A stretch of DNA of 64,000 nucleotides from Nitrospina sp. LS_NOB. GTDB taxonomy: Bacteria > Nitrospinota > Nitrospinia > Nitrospinales > VA-1. Made by a program: the position numbers and the translations under genes. The DNA is taken from assembly GCA_001542995.1 (NCBI GenBank), contig LFLA01000022.1:92587-156586 (forward strand), given 5' to 3'. This document shows, piece after piece, positions 29,357-38,186 of the stretch. Under the pieces are notes generated by a model. The model was not told the DNA's origin and did no database searches. It saw nothing but the letters and a program-made list of their open reading frames with translations. Position 1 is the first letter of the stretch. Each line of letters starts with the position of its first letter.

Positions 29357-30096
29357 ATGAAGACAACCCGACTGAAAAAAAATACTTTTTTGCCGGATTC
29401 CTCATTTTCACCCTTGCTTCGCTTGCGGAAGCTGTGGTGATCCCGGTGGATAGCGATTCCGATGGCAAGCTGGACCAATGGCACCATAAATCGGAGGGCG
29501 GCCAACTGCTGAAAATTGAATACGATAAAAACGGAGACAAGAAGATTGATCAAATTGATATTTTTGAGGGTAATGCAAAACCTATCCGCGTTGAACTGGA
29601 CCGCAATTTAGACGGAACCCTGGATCAGGTTCAGCATTACTCCAAAGACTTTATCCTTGAGTATGTTGAAAAGGACTCCAAATATTCTGGACTGATGGAC
29701 TGGCGTGAAGTATATGGCCCGAACAACAAAGTGACGCGTCTGGAGACTGACGAAAACCAGAACGGAAAAATGGATGTCTTTCAATATTTTTCTGAAGAGG
29801 GGTACATGGAGCGTGTGGAGTATGACACTTCCCATGACGGACAAATTGACCGGTGGGAAACTTTCGGAGCCAATGAGGCCCTGAAGTTGGCCAGCTTCGA
29901 TGCCAACCAAGACGGAAACCCGGACCAGTGGCAATATTTCAAAAATTCCACGCAATTACAAAAAGTGACGCACGATACAAATTTTGATGGCAAGCCAAAC
30001 CGTTGGGAATATTTTGACGATTCCGGAAAATTGGAGCGTGTCGAAATAGACGACAACTATGACGGCAAACTGGACATTATTAAAAGGAGACCCTAA
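29357..30096 (+). CDS. secreted DxDG-repeat protein, copy 2; signal peptide out of frame at an A8 tract (29375-29382)
   Basis: The ATG at 29357 gives MKTTRLKK, then the frame breaks. With A9 (or a -1 slip) it reads MKTTRLKKKYFFAGFLIFTLASLAEAVVIPVDSDSDGK..., collinear with copy 1. The track ORF starts at the GTG at 29434. Confidence 0.6.
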
Positions 30097-30105
30097 TTCC
30101 CGCCC

Positions 30106-30480
30106 ATGAAACAACTCCCTATTCTTATATTTATCTCTGTTATTTTTACTTTTTCATGCGCCCCGAAACCCACACTGGAAGTGCCGGAACCTTATAAAAA
30201 GGGGCAACAGTATTTTCATGAAGTCTGCTCCAATTGCCACGGCCCAGACGCAATGGGCAAACATACTCAGGCTCCCAGGCTTATTGATGAGGAATACCTC
30301 GCTGATAATTTCTCCGATGCAGATATCAACGAGATCGTACTGAATGGCACCGATAAAATGCCTCCACAAAAAAAGAATGTGACACCTGAGGAAATCACCG
30401 AAATCATCAAATACCTGCGTTATTCACAAAAAGCGGCAGGACTCGAACAGGAAGAAGAGGAAGAAGAACAAACTTCTTAA
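30106..30480 (+). CDS. small monohaem class I c-type cytochrome, probable lipoprotein, acidic tail
   Basis: Signal/lipobox ...VIFTFSC, haem motif CSNCH, distal Met in GTDKMPP, C-terminal EQEEEEEEQTS. Confidence 0.7.
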   Translation: MKQLPILIFISVIFTFSCAPKPTLEVPEPYKKGQQYFHEVCSNCHGPDAMGKHTQAPRLIDEEYLADNFSDADINEIVLNGTDKMPPQKKNVTPEEITEIIKYLRYSQKAAGLEQEEEEEEQTS

Positions 30481-30516
30481 TGCGAATTGATGGTTTTATC
30501 AACAACCGAGTGACCC

Positions 30517-31581
30517 ATGCTTGAAATTATTCGTGACACCCTGGAATCGATAAAATCCGTCCCGCCACTTCGACTGAAGAGCGCTCAAGCTCATCTTGAT
30601 TCCCTGACAAAACCGCCGGGGAGCCTCGGCCTCCTGGAAGACCTGGCCAAAAAATATGCTGCTATCCGCGACACAGATCATCTTTCTATAGATAGAAAAT
30701 TGGTCATTATATTTGCGGCAGATCATGGAGTCACCGAAGAGGGCATCAGCGCTTACCCCGCTGAAGTCACTCCGCAAATGGTTCAGAATTTTCTCGATGG
30801 GGGAGCCGCTATCAACGTTTTGGCAAGACAGCAGAACGCGGAAGTATTGGTGGTAGATATTGGCGTTAACCATCGGTTTTCCCCGCATCCTGATTTGCTG
30901 GATAGAAAAATAGCTTTCGGAACCCGAAATCTGGCTAAAGAACCCGCCATGACCCGAGCCGAGGCCGAGGAGTCCATCACCATTGGTATTCAAATAGCGA
31001 CAGAACTGACTGATAAAGGTGTCGACCTTCTGGCTACCGGGGAGATGGGAATCGGCAATACCACAGCCAGTTCCGCAATATTCTCTGTATTGAGCGGGCT
31101 TCCCGCAAGCCAGGTTACTGGTCGGGGAACAGGCATCGATGACAAGACTCTGCAAAAAAAAATCTCTGTGATTCAGCAGGCGCTGGAAAGGCATACTCCC
31201 GATCCGGGAGATCCCATAGATATTCTTGCCAAAGTGGGTGGCTTCGAGATTGGCGGTATTATCGGTCTTCTGTTAGGCGCCGCTGCAAAAAGTATTCCTG
31301 TCGTCATTGACGGCTTGATTGCCAGCGCTGGCGCATCCCTGGCCATCGGGCTGAATCCCTCGGTAAAGGATTATATTTTCCCTTCTCACCGTTCAGTAGA
31401 GCCTGGGCAGGAGGTATTTTTTAATCTCATTCAGGCACCTCCCCTTTTTGATTTAAAAATGCGGTTGGGGGAAGGAACCGGTGCGGTACTGGCTTTTAGC
31501 CTAATAGAAGCGGCTGTGAAAATTTATTCTGAAATGGCCACTTTCCAAAGTGCCGGTATTGCAGACCGTGCCGAAACCTGA
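30517..31581 (+). CDS. cobT: nicotinate-nucleotide--dimethylbenzimidazole phosphoribosyltransferase
   Basis: LTKPPGSLGLLE, FAADHGV, GEMGIGNTT and MRLGEGTGA motifs. Confidence 0.9.
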   Translation: MLEIIRDTLESIKSVPPLRLKSAQAHLDSLTKPPGSLGLLEDLAKKYAAIRDTDHLSIDRKLVIIFAADHGVTEEGISAYPAEVTPQMVQNFLDGGAAINVLARQQNAEVLVVDIGVNHRFSPHPDLLDRKIAFGTRNLAKEPAMTRAEAEESITIGIQIATELTDKGVDLLATGEMGIGNTTASSAIFSVLSGLPASQVTGRGTGIDDKTLQKKISVIQQALERHTPDPGDPIDILAKVGGFEIGGIIGLLLGAAAKSIPVVIDGLIASAGASLAIGLNPSVKDYIFPSHRSVEPGQEVFFNLIQAPPLFDLKMRLGEGTGAVLAFSLIEAAVKIYSEMATFQSAGIADRAET

Positions 31582-32489
31582 TGTGTTTTGCCGCTGCCAG
31601 AACTTTTCTTGCACCTTATTTTTTTCTCCTTATTGTTGTTTCTCCTTCCCAAGCCTTTGATGATGATTCAAGAGATGACACCCGTTCATCCAGTTTCAAT
31701 ACTTTTTGCGAGAATAACCAGGTTCTCAACGATACCCCATCTGTAAAGTCTTCCTGTCAGGGAGATCTTGTTCATCTCCAGAATCGAAACACCACTCTGA
31801 TAAAAAATGGAAAGAATATTGCCAGGCTCCCTGTACTTGATTTCAAGGTGAGCAGAAGCGGCAATGTGTATTATCGCAGCCGAAATGGGCCGTTTTTATC
31901 CGATGAGTCAGGAAAATTAAACAGCCCGGGAGGAGCCGTGATTATTTATCTCGTTTCCACTCATGGAGATGTCGTGTACCTAAACGACCAGGGTGTGGTT
32001 TTTAAAAATGGCACCCCCCTCAACCAGAACCGGGGAAAAGTCTCCTTCCTGACAAAAGAAACATCGGGCCGACGATTTTTTTTCGCACCCAATCTGGCAA
32101 TATCCCGAAATGGTCACGCCATTTATGTTAACGATATGGGTCAGCTTTATGTAGATCAAATACAAATGAGTCCCCACACATCTAAAGTACTGAAATTTAA
32201 GATTGATTCACAGTCAACCGTTTTTTATTTGGATGATTTAGGGCGTTTGTTCAAAAACAAAAACAAGATTAATCGAAAACATTATAAGGTAAAGCAGTTC
32301 AAACTGAATGCCCAAGGCCAGGTCGCCTACCTGACCAATGGCAACTCAAGAAATCTTTATCTGGAAGACCTAAATCTTTCTGCCGGTTCACACCGCGTCC
32401 TCGATTTCAGTTTTACCAGTAACGGAGAAGTGATCTATAAAGACGAAAGGGGACGGTTATGGCAAATGGGGCAATTGATTCGTGATTGA
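31581..32489 (+). CDS. secreted repeat protein of unknown function, translationally coupled to cobT
   Basis: TGATG stop/start overlap with cobT. Hydrophobic N-terminus. About 6 units of ~40 aa follow the pattern V.(D/K)F.....G.V.Y.(D/N)..G.L(F/Y) (GNVYYRSRNG, GDVVYLNDQGVVF, HAIYVNDMGQLY, TVFYLDDLGRLF, GQVAYLTNG, GEVIYKDERGRLW). Confidence 0.5.
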   Translation: MCFAAARTFLAPYFFLLIVVSPSQAFDDDSRDDTRSSSFNTFCENNQVLNDTPSVKSSCQGDLVHLQNRNTTLIKNGKNIARLPVLDFKVSRSGNVYYRSRNGPFLSDESGKLNSPGGAVIIYLVSTHGDVVYLNDQGVVFKNGTPLNQNRGKVSFLTKETSGRRFFFAPNLAISRNGHAIYVNDMGQLYVDQIQMSPHTSKVLKFKIDSQSTVFYLDDLGRLFKNKNKINRKHYKVKQFKLNAQGQVAYLTNGNSRNLYLEDLNLSAGSHRVLDFSFTSNGEVIYKDERGRLWQMGQLIRD

Positions 32490-32494
32490 ACGGC

Positions 32495-32523
32495 TTGACA
32501 GGGGTCAGGTTTTTGGCTAGATT
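32495..32523 (+). promoter_or_regulatory. candidate sigma70-type promoter for the aminotransferase gene
   Basis: TTGACA (32495-32500), 17-nt spacer, TAGATT (32518-32523). A second perfect TATAAT lies at 32561-32566. Confidence 0.35.
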
Positions 32524-32578
32524 GAGCCCTTCTTTTGAATCTTAATTTAATTTTCTTTATTATAATTTGGAGTTTCGG

Positions 32579-33817
32579 ATGTCAGATGAAAGCTATATTC
32601 AATCCCTCTTTGCAGACCGCTTAGGCGGCAGTCAGTTTGGCAAAGATACCAAGATTTATAAATTTGAAAAAATAAAAAGAGCAAAACGCGCGGCACAGGA
32701 TGCGAATCCGGGGAAAATATTATTCGATATGGGAGTGGGAGAACCGGACGAAATGGCCGATCTCGGGGTCGTAAAAACCCTGCAACTGGAAGCGGAAAAA
32801 CCGGAAAATCGAGGTTACACCGATAACGGTATCGAAGAATTCAAAGCCGCCGCCTGCAAATATATGAAAAATATTTTTGGCGTCAAGGGGCTGGAACCGG
32901 GAAAGCATGTCAATCATACCATTGGCTCCAAACCTGGTCTGGCAATGACCCCGGCAATCTTTATTAATCCCGGGGACATCACCCTGATGACCGTTCCTGG
33001 CTATCCTGTTATGGGGACACACACCCAATATCTGGGAGGAGAGGTTGTAAACCTTCCTCTTACAGAGGACAATCATTTTCTTCCCGACTTAAAAAGCATC
33101 GATTCGGCCACCCGTAAGAAGGCTAAAATTTTGTATTTGAACTACCCCAATAACCCAACAGGCGCAAACGCCACCCATGAATTTTATGAGGAGGCCATTG
33201 AATTTGCCAAACAGAATAATATTATCATCATCCAGGATGCGGCCTATGCGGCCCTGACCTATTCCGGGAAATCCGAAAGCTTTCTTTCGGTACCCGGAGC
33301 CATGGATGTCGGTGTTGAGTTCCATTCCCTTTCCAAAGCGTATAACATGACGGGATGGCGCATTGCCTTTATTGTCGGTAATGAACTCATTGTCAAAGGC
33401 CTTTCCCATGTTAAAGATAATGTGGACTCCGGCCAATTCGCAGGTATCCAGAAAGCAGGAGTTTATGCTCTGGAGCACCCGGACATCACGGACCGAACCG
33501 TGGCCAAGTACAAGCGCCGACTAGCCATGCTGGTTGAAACTCTCAACTCGGTGGGGTTCAAGGCAAAAATTCCCGGAGGTTCGTTCTTTCTCTATGTTGG
33601 CGCACCTAAGGGAATCAAGGGTGGACGACGGTTTGCCAATGGTGAAGAGTTTTCCCAGTTCCTGATTACTGAAATGTTAATTTCAACCGTTCCCTGGGAC
33701 GATGTCGGTCATTACGTTCGGTTTTCAGCCACGTTCGCAGCCAAAGGTGAACAGGAAGAAACCCGGATCATGAAAGAAATCAAAGAACGCCTTTCCACCG
33801 TCGAGTTTGAATTCTAG
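32579..33817 (+). CDS. class I/II PLP aminotransferase, LL-diaminopimelate aminotransferase-like
   Basis: GVGEPD, YPNNPTG and SLSKAYNMTGWRIA (PLP lysine) motifs. The N-terminal FGKDTKIYKFEKIKRAK block recalls DapL-like enzymes. Confidence 0.6.
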   Translation: MSDESYIQSLFADRLGGSQFGKDTKIYKFEKIKRAKRAAQDANPGKILFDMGVGEPDEMADLGVVKTLQLEAEKPENRGYTDNGIEEFKAAACKYMKNIFGVKGLEPGKHVNHTIGSKPGLAMTPAIFINPGDITLMTVPGYPVMGTHTQYLGGEVVNLPLTEDNHFLPDLKSIDSATRKKAKILYLNYPNNPTGANATHEFYEEAIEFAKQNNIIIIQDAAYAALTYSGKSESFLSVPGAMDVGVEFHSLSKAYNMTGWRIAFIVGNELIVKGLSHVKDNVDSGQFAGIQKAGVYALEHPDITDRTVAKYKRRLAMLVETLNSVGFKAKIPGGSFFLYVGAPKGIKGGRRFANGEEFSQFLITEMLISTVPWDDVGHYVRFSATFAAKGEQEETRIMKEIKERLSTVEFEF

Positions 33818-33936
33818 CCACTGAGCGTGGGGCTAGCGTGCAATAGCCTTCGCTGGCGAGCAAAGAGATTTCTCGGCGTGATGAGCTCTTGCGCAGTTGC
33901 CTCCCACCAGAATGGGCTAGTGAGTGAATCTTTCAC

Positions 33937-34434
33937 ATGAAATATAAAGCCTTCATTGGAATCGGTTCAAACTTGGGGGCCCCAGCAGAAAACTGTGAGA
34001 AAGCGATTCGCCTTCTCAGTGCCTCGCCGGGAATTGAAGTCGTGGCTCGGTCCAGCCTCTACGAGTCAGAACCCGTTGGTAATATCGACCAAAACTGGTT
34101 CGTCAATACTACTGTTGCCATACAAACTTCTCTGGGCCCGGAAGCATTGCTCGAAGCAGTTCTTGAAATTGAAAAGGCTTTCGGAAGAGAACAGCGGGAA
34201 AAATGGGGCCCGAGAATCATCGACTTGGATTTACTGGCATATGAGGACCGCGTGCTTCACTCTGAGGCTCTCACACTTCCCCACCCGGAAATGACAAAAA
34301 GGCGTTTTGTCCTTTTACCGCTCAGCGAATTTGCCGGAGATTATTTGCATCCGATAGAAAATAAAACCATCCACAGTCTATTAAAAGAACTTCCGGAAAA
34401 TCCTCAGGTCAGGAAAATATCATCGACTTCATAA
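33937..34434 (+). CDS. folK: 2-amino-4-hydroxy-6-hydroxymethyldihydropteridine diphosphokinase
   Basis: FIGIGSNLG, SSLYESEPVG, WGPRIIDLDLL and HPEMTKRRFVLLPL motifs. Confidence 0.9.
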   Translation: MKYKAFIGIGSNLGAPAENCEKAIRLLSASPGIEVVARSSLYESEPVGNIDQNWFVNTTVAIQTSLGPEALLEAVLEIEKAFGREQREKWGPRIIDLDLLAYEDRVLHSEALTLPHPEMTKRRFVLLPLSEFAGDYLHPIENKTIHSLLKELPENPQVRKISSTS

Positions 34435-35616
34435 ATCATCGACTTTGATGATTTCCATCCGGGCGAGAGCGTCATCACTTAACTCCTGCCAGGGGATTTT
34501 TTCCTCATCCCTTTCCAGAAAATGGATCTTGCTGCGAGTGACAGGATTTTTAGGCATAAAAATCGAACAACAATCAGGCTGTGGCTCAATACTGACTTCA
34601 TAAGTTCCAATTTCTTTTGCCCTCGTGATGATACTTTCTTTATTCATGCCGATTAATGGTCGAAACACACTTATGGAAGTGACGCAAGAAACGGCGGCGA
34701 GATTCTCCAAGGTCTGTGAGGCCACCTGCCCCAGCGATTCGCCGGTGACCAGTGCCATACAGCCCTTGCTAACTGCAATTTCCCCTGCGATGCGATACAT
34801 CATCCGCCGATAAAGAACGATCCTGTTTTCCTCATTGCAATGATCTCGGATGGCCCCCTGCATCTCCTCGAAGGGAACCACATACAGGCTTGCTCTCGCC
34901 TGAAAACGATTGATCTTTTTTGCAAGGCTTAAAACCTTGTCATACCCTCCCCTGCCAAGAAAAGGTTGGTTATCAAAGAAAACAAAATGAACCCGGCACC
35001 CCCTGCATGCCATCATGAAAGCGGAAACAGGGCTGTCAATCCCACCCGATAGCAGGCAAAGTACATTCCCGGAACTGCCGACAGGGAGCCCACATAGTCC
35101 CGGCTCACGATTATCAAAGACCACCGTTTCTGAACGTCCAATTTCTATTTCAAGAACATATTCCGCCTCAGAAATATTGACCGTTAAACCCCTTAGGCTT
35201 AATTGTTTCATGATGCGCGACCCCACCTCAAAATTTACTTCAGGTGAGGTTTTGGGAAATAATTTTTCGGAACGCCGGGTCCTGACACAAAACTTCAAAG
35301 AATCTGTGGACTCCAATTTAGGTTCAATCCATTTAATCCCTAAAGCAGCAATCGCATCGAAATCAGGACTCATTGAAATCCCAATACTGAAGGAGGCGAT
35401 ACCAGGAACGGTTTTCAATCTGACCGAACATTCTGGAGCAAAACCTAATGGGATATCCAAAAAAATCCTGCCGCGGGGCGAACTATAATGGATATCATCT
35501 GTGCCCGAAAGCACACGTTTGATATTTTTCCGGAGGCATTTTTCAAAGAACTTCCTGTTTCGTCCTTTGAGTCCGATCTCGTCATAACGGATTAAGACTG
35601 TTCTTCTTTCCGTCAT
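34429..35616 (-). CDS. thiI: tRNA 4-thiouridine(8) synthase
   Basis: YDEIGLKGRNR (ferredoxin-like/THUMP N-terminus) and PP-loop LLSGGIDSPV. Length is 395 aa. Confidence 0.85.
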   Translation of the reverse strand: MTERRTVLIRYDEIGLKGRNRKFFEKCLRKNIKRVLSGTDDIHYSSPRGRIFLDIPLGFAPECSVRLKTVPGIASFSIGISMSPDFDAIAALGIKWIEPKLESTDSLKFCVRTRRSEKLFPKTSPEVNFEVGSRIMKQLSLRGLTVNISEAEYVLEIEIGRSETVVFDNREPGLCGLPVGSSGNVLCLLSGGIDSPVSAFMMACRGCRVHFVFFDNQPFLGRGGYDKVLSLAKKINRFQARASLYVVPFEEMQGAIRDHCNEENRIVLYRRMMYRIAGEIAVSKGCMALVTGESLGQVASQTLENLAAVSCVTSISVFRPLIGMNKESIITRAKEIGTYEVSIEPQPDCCSIFMPKNPVTRSKIHFLERDEEKIPWQELSDDALARMEIIKVDDL

Positions 35617-36806
35617 CGATGTTCAGCTTTTTGCAAAAAGGTGGGATAAAGGGTCTGGTAGGCTTTCCCAAAAGCCTCTAAAAACTGGTCAATTTCTTCT
35701 AGGGTATTATTCCGGGAAAAAGAAATGCGCAAACTACAACGCGCCTGTTCCTCGCTCAACCCGATTCCCATAAGAATCCTGGAAGGTTCCTTAGACTGGG
35801 CACTACAGGCACTCCCCAGTCCGACAAAAATATCTTCTGCCTCCAGATGGTGGAGAATGACTTCTCCCTCGACAGGAGGAAAGGAAAAATTAACCATCCC
35901 CGGCGACTGGCGAGTGCTATCTGCATCAACCAGCGAGTTAAAATAAATCTTCAATTCCGGTAGTTGCTCCTGTAGATTTTTCAGTCCTTGAATTAAATGT
36001 CGGGAGAGATCCTGAAGATGAGTTTGAGTTTGTTCAATTTGGGTCACGGCATGTTTAATGGCTGTTTCCAGTCCCATGATCAGCGGTAATGGAAGTGTAC
36101 CGGAACGGACTCCGAATTGTTGCTTTCCTCCATGCATCTGCGGACTAAGAACCAGCTTTGAATCATAGATCAGCAGGCCAATGCCTTTTGGCCCATGAAT
36201 TTTGTGACCCGAAATTGAATAACCCCCGAGGCCTTTCCACATCTTCGGATTCAACTTGAGCTTACCGACGGCCTGCACCCCATCCAAAAATAATCTGGTT
36301 TGTGGAGATTCCTTTGCCAAAGCAGAAATGATTTGCAAAGGATCGTTCACCGTGCCCAACTCATTATTCACATGAGAAAGGCAGAGAAGTTTCACACGGT
36401 TTTCCTTCAAAGCAGCTATTGAACCCAAGTCGAGCCGACCTTCCCTTTGAAAAGGAAGCAGAGAAAACGGCTCATTCCCAAACTGATTAAGAAATTTCAG
36501 ACTCTCGGTAACGCTTGGGTGCTCCAGCCCCAGGAAAGCAGTTTTCTTATCAGGAAAACATAATCCCTTGATAAAAAGATTATTGGACTCCGTGCCGCCA
36601 CTGGTAAACAGTATCCGATGCGTTGAGGGTATCTGGAGAGTATCGGCAATGGATTCCGCCGATTTTTCAATGAGGCCTTTTGCATCCAGCCCTATTTTAT
36701 AAGGCGTGCCACTATTCGCGAACAAATCGCGCATGGCTCCATGCATCCGCTCCAAAACTTCCACATCCATGGGGGTGGTGGCGGCATTATCGAGATAAAC
36801 CATCAC
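35613..36806 (-). CDS. cysteine desulfurase (NifS/IscS class)
   Basis: YLDNAATTP, SGHKIHGPKGIG (PLP lysine) and GSACS active-site Cys loop. 4-nt overlap with thiI. Confidence 0.85.
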   Translation of the reverse strand: MMVYLDNAATTPMDVEVLERMHGAMRDLFANSGTPYKIGLDAKGLIEKSAESIADTLQIPSTHRILFTSGGTESNNLFIKGLCFPDKKTAFLGLEHPSVTESLKFLNQFGNEPFSLLPFQREGRLDLGSIAALKENRVKLLCLSHVNNELGTVNDPLQIISALAKESPQTRLFLDGVQAVGKLKLNPKMWKGLGGYSISGHKIHGPKGIGLLIYDSKLVLSPQMHGGKQQFGVRSGTLPLPLIMGLETAIKHAVTQIEQTQTHLQDLSRHLIQGLKNLQEQLPELKIYFNSLVDADSTRQSPGMVNFSFPPVEGEVILHHLEAEDIFVGLGSACSAQSKEPSRILMGIGLSEEQARCSLRISFSRNNTLEEIDQFLEAFGKAYQTLYPTFLQKAEHR

Positions 36807-36809
36807 ACT

Positions 36810-37367
36810 TTAAGGTTCATAGGGTTTAAGAAGGTTCTGCTCCATTCCCAACTGATCCAGAATTCGAGCGACAACAAAATCTACCAAACTATCAAAGCTA
36901 TCTTGTCCCTGATAAAACCCGGGCGATGCCGGCAGGATCATAGCCCCCGCCTGATCAAGGGCCAAAAGGTTTTTCAAATGGATGGCGCTGAAAGGAGTTT
37001 CACGCGGAACAAGGATCAGTTTACGTTTTTCTTTTAACATGACATCCGCGACGCGTTCAATCAGGGTTCCTGACACCCCGGCGGAGATTCTTCCCACCGT
37101 CCCCATGCTTGCGGGCACTACCACCATTGCATCAACACAAAAGGAACCACTGGCAATGGAACTATTCATACGGGAAGTTTTGTGCAGAGTCACTTGTTCA
37201 CCTGAAAAATAAGAAGGCGACAAGTCCAACTCCAGCTTCAAAAGTTCAGCACCCCGCTCCGAGATGATCACATGAACTTCTGCATGGGATTTTATGCAAT
37301 CAAAAAGTCGCTTGCCATAGCAAACCCCGCTTGCTCCCGTTATTGCCAGTACAATTCGTTTCATCAT
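36810..37367 (-). CDS. ubiX: flavin prenyltransferase UbiX
   Basis: ITGASGVCYG, VVPASMGTVG and RKLILVPRETP motifs. Length is 185 aa. Confidence 0.85.
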   Translation of the reverse strand: MMKRIVLAITGASGVCYGKRLFDCIKSHAEVHVIISERGAELLKLELDLSPSYFSGEQVTLHKTSRMNSSIASGSFCVDAMVVVPASMGTVGRISAGVSGTLIERVADVMLKEKRKLILVPRETPFSAIHLKNLLALDQAGAMILPASPGFYQGQDSFDSLVDFVVARILDQLGMEQNLLKPYEP

Positions 37368-37975
37368 TTGACGCCAAAATCAAACAGGTCTTCGGTCTCA
37401 GCCAAGACAATTTTATGCACTTCGGCAACCGAGTCGACACTATCTATAAATCTTATATTTGGCCCCTCAAAACTTTTAAATATTTTCTGAACATTTTTCA
37501 AATAATCCAATTTTTCAAAAGCACTTTTATGGTCCCGAGACGATTCAATTCTATCCAGACATGTCTCAGGAGAAGTCAGAAAGATCAAAACCCGATCAGG
37601 AATTGGGGCAAAGTTTTCATTTTCCAACTGAATCTGTTTAGAGTCTAGTCCTAAAGCACCCTGGTAAGCTGCCGTCGAGAAATAATACCGATCCATGAGC
37701 ACTACCTTGTTATCCTGTAACGCTGGCATTATATTCATTTCAATGTCCTCCTTCCGGTCATTGACAAACCAGCTCAATTCTTCCTCCGGACTAACACCTT
37801 GCCTGCCTTCACTGAGAAGCCTGCGAATTTTCGTGCCCCATGTTCCCCGAGTGGGTTCGGCCAAAGCAATATTGGATACCTGTCTTTCGCTCAAAGACTT
37901 TGCCAGCAATCCACACTGAGTGCTTTTGCCTGTTCCGTCTATCCCTTCAAAAACAATTAAAATCCCCTGCTTCAA
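37364..37975 (-). CDS. tmk: dTMP kinase
   Basis: FEGIDGTGKST P-loop and DRYYFSTAAYQG motif. Confidence 0.9.
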   Translation of the reverse strand: MKQGILIVFEGIDGTGKSTQCGLLAKSLSERQVSNIALAEPTRGTWGTKIRRLLSEGRQGVSPEEELSWFVNDRKEDIEMNIMPALQDNKVVLMDRYYFSTAAYQGALGLDSKQIQLENENFAPIPDRVLIFLTSPETCLDRIESSRDHKSAFEKLDYLKNVQKIFKSFEGPNIRFIDSVDSVAEVHKIVLAETEDLFDFGVK

Positions 37976-38186
37976 AGCAATCCTTCCTGAAGAATTTAAA
38001 CCACCCTCAGTCTATAAAAATCGAATTATTAAAGATACCCTTACTGGACAAAGGGCGCAATGTAATAAAATCGGTTTTCAAGTTTTCAAGGGGGAAGGTA
38101 GGCAGATGTGGAAGGGATTCTCGCGAAATAAGTTATCGGGCTAATCCCGCAAGAATCCCATGAGGGGAATATACATTTTCGTTAAT

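Noticed and set aside
29357-29440. Programmed -1 ribosomal frameshifting as the sole explanation for the A8 break
   Set aside because: The A_AAA_AAT heptamer is formally suitable, but I see no stimulatory hairpin or pseudoknot within ~10 nt downstream and no internal SD upstream. It is kept only as one alternative inside the finding.
33818-33936. GC-rich 119-nt spacer between the aminotransferase gene and folK as a possible small RNA
   Set aside because: There is no clear stem-loop set, promoter or terminator, and it does not resemble the other repeated elements in the window.
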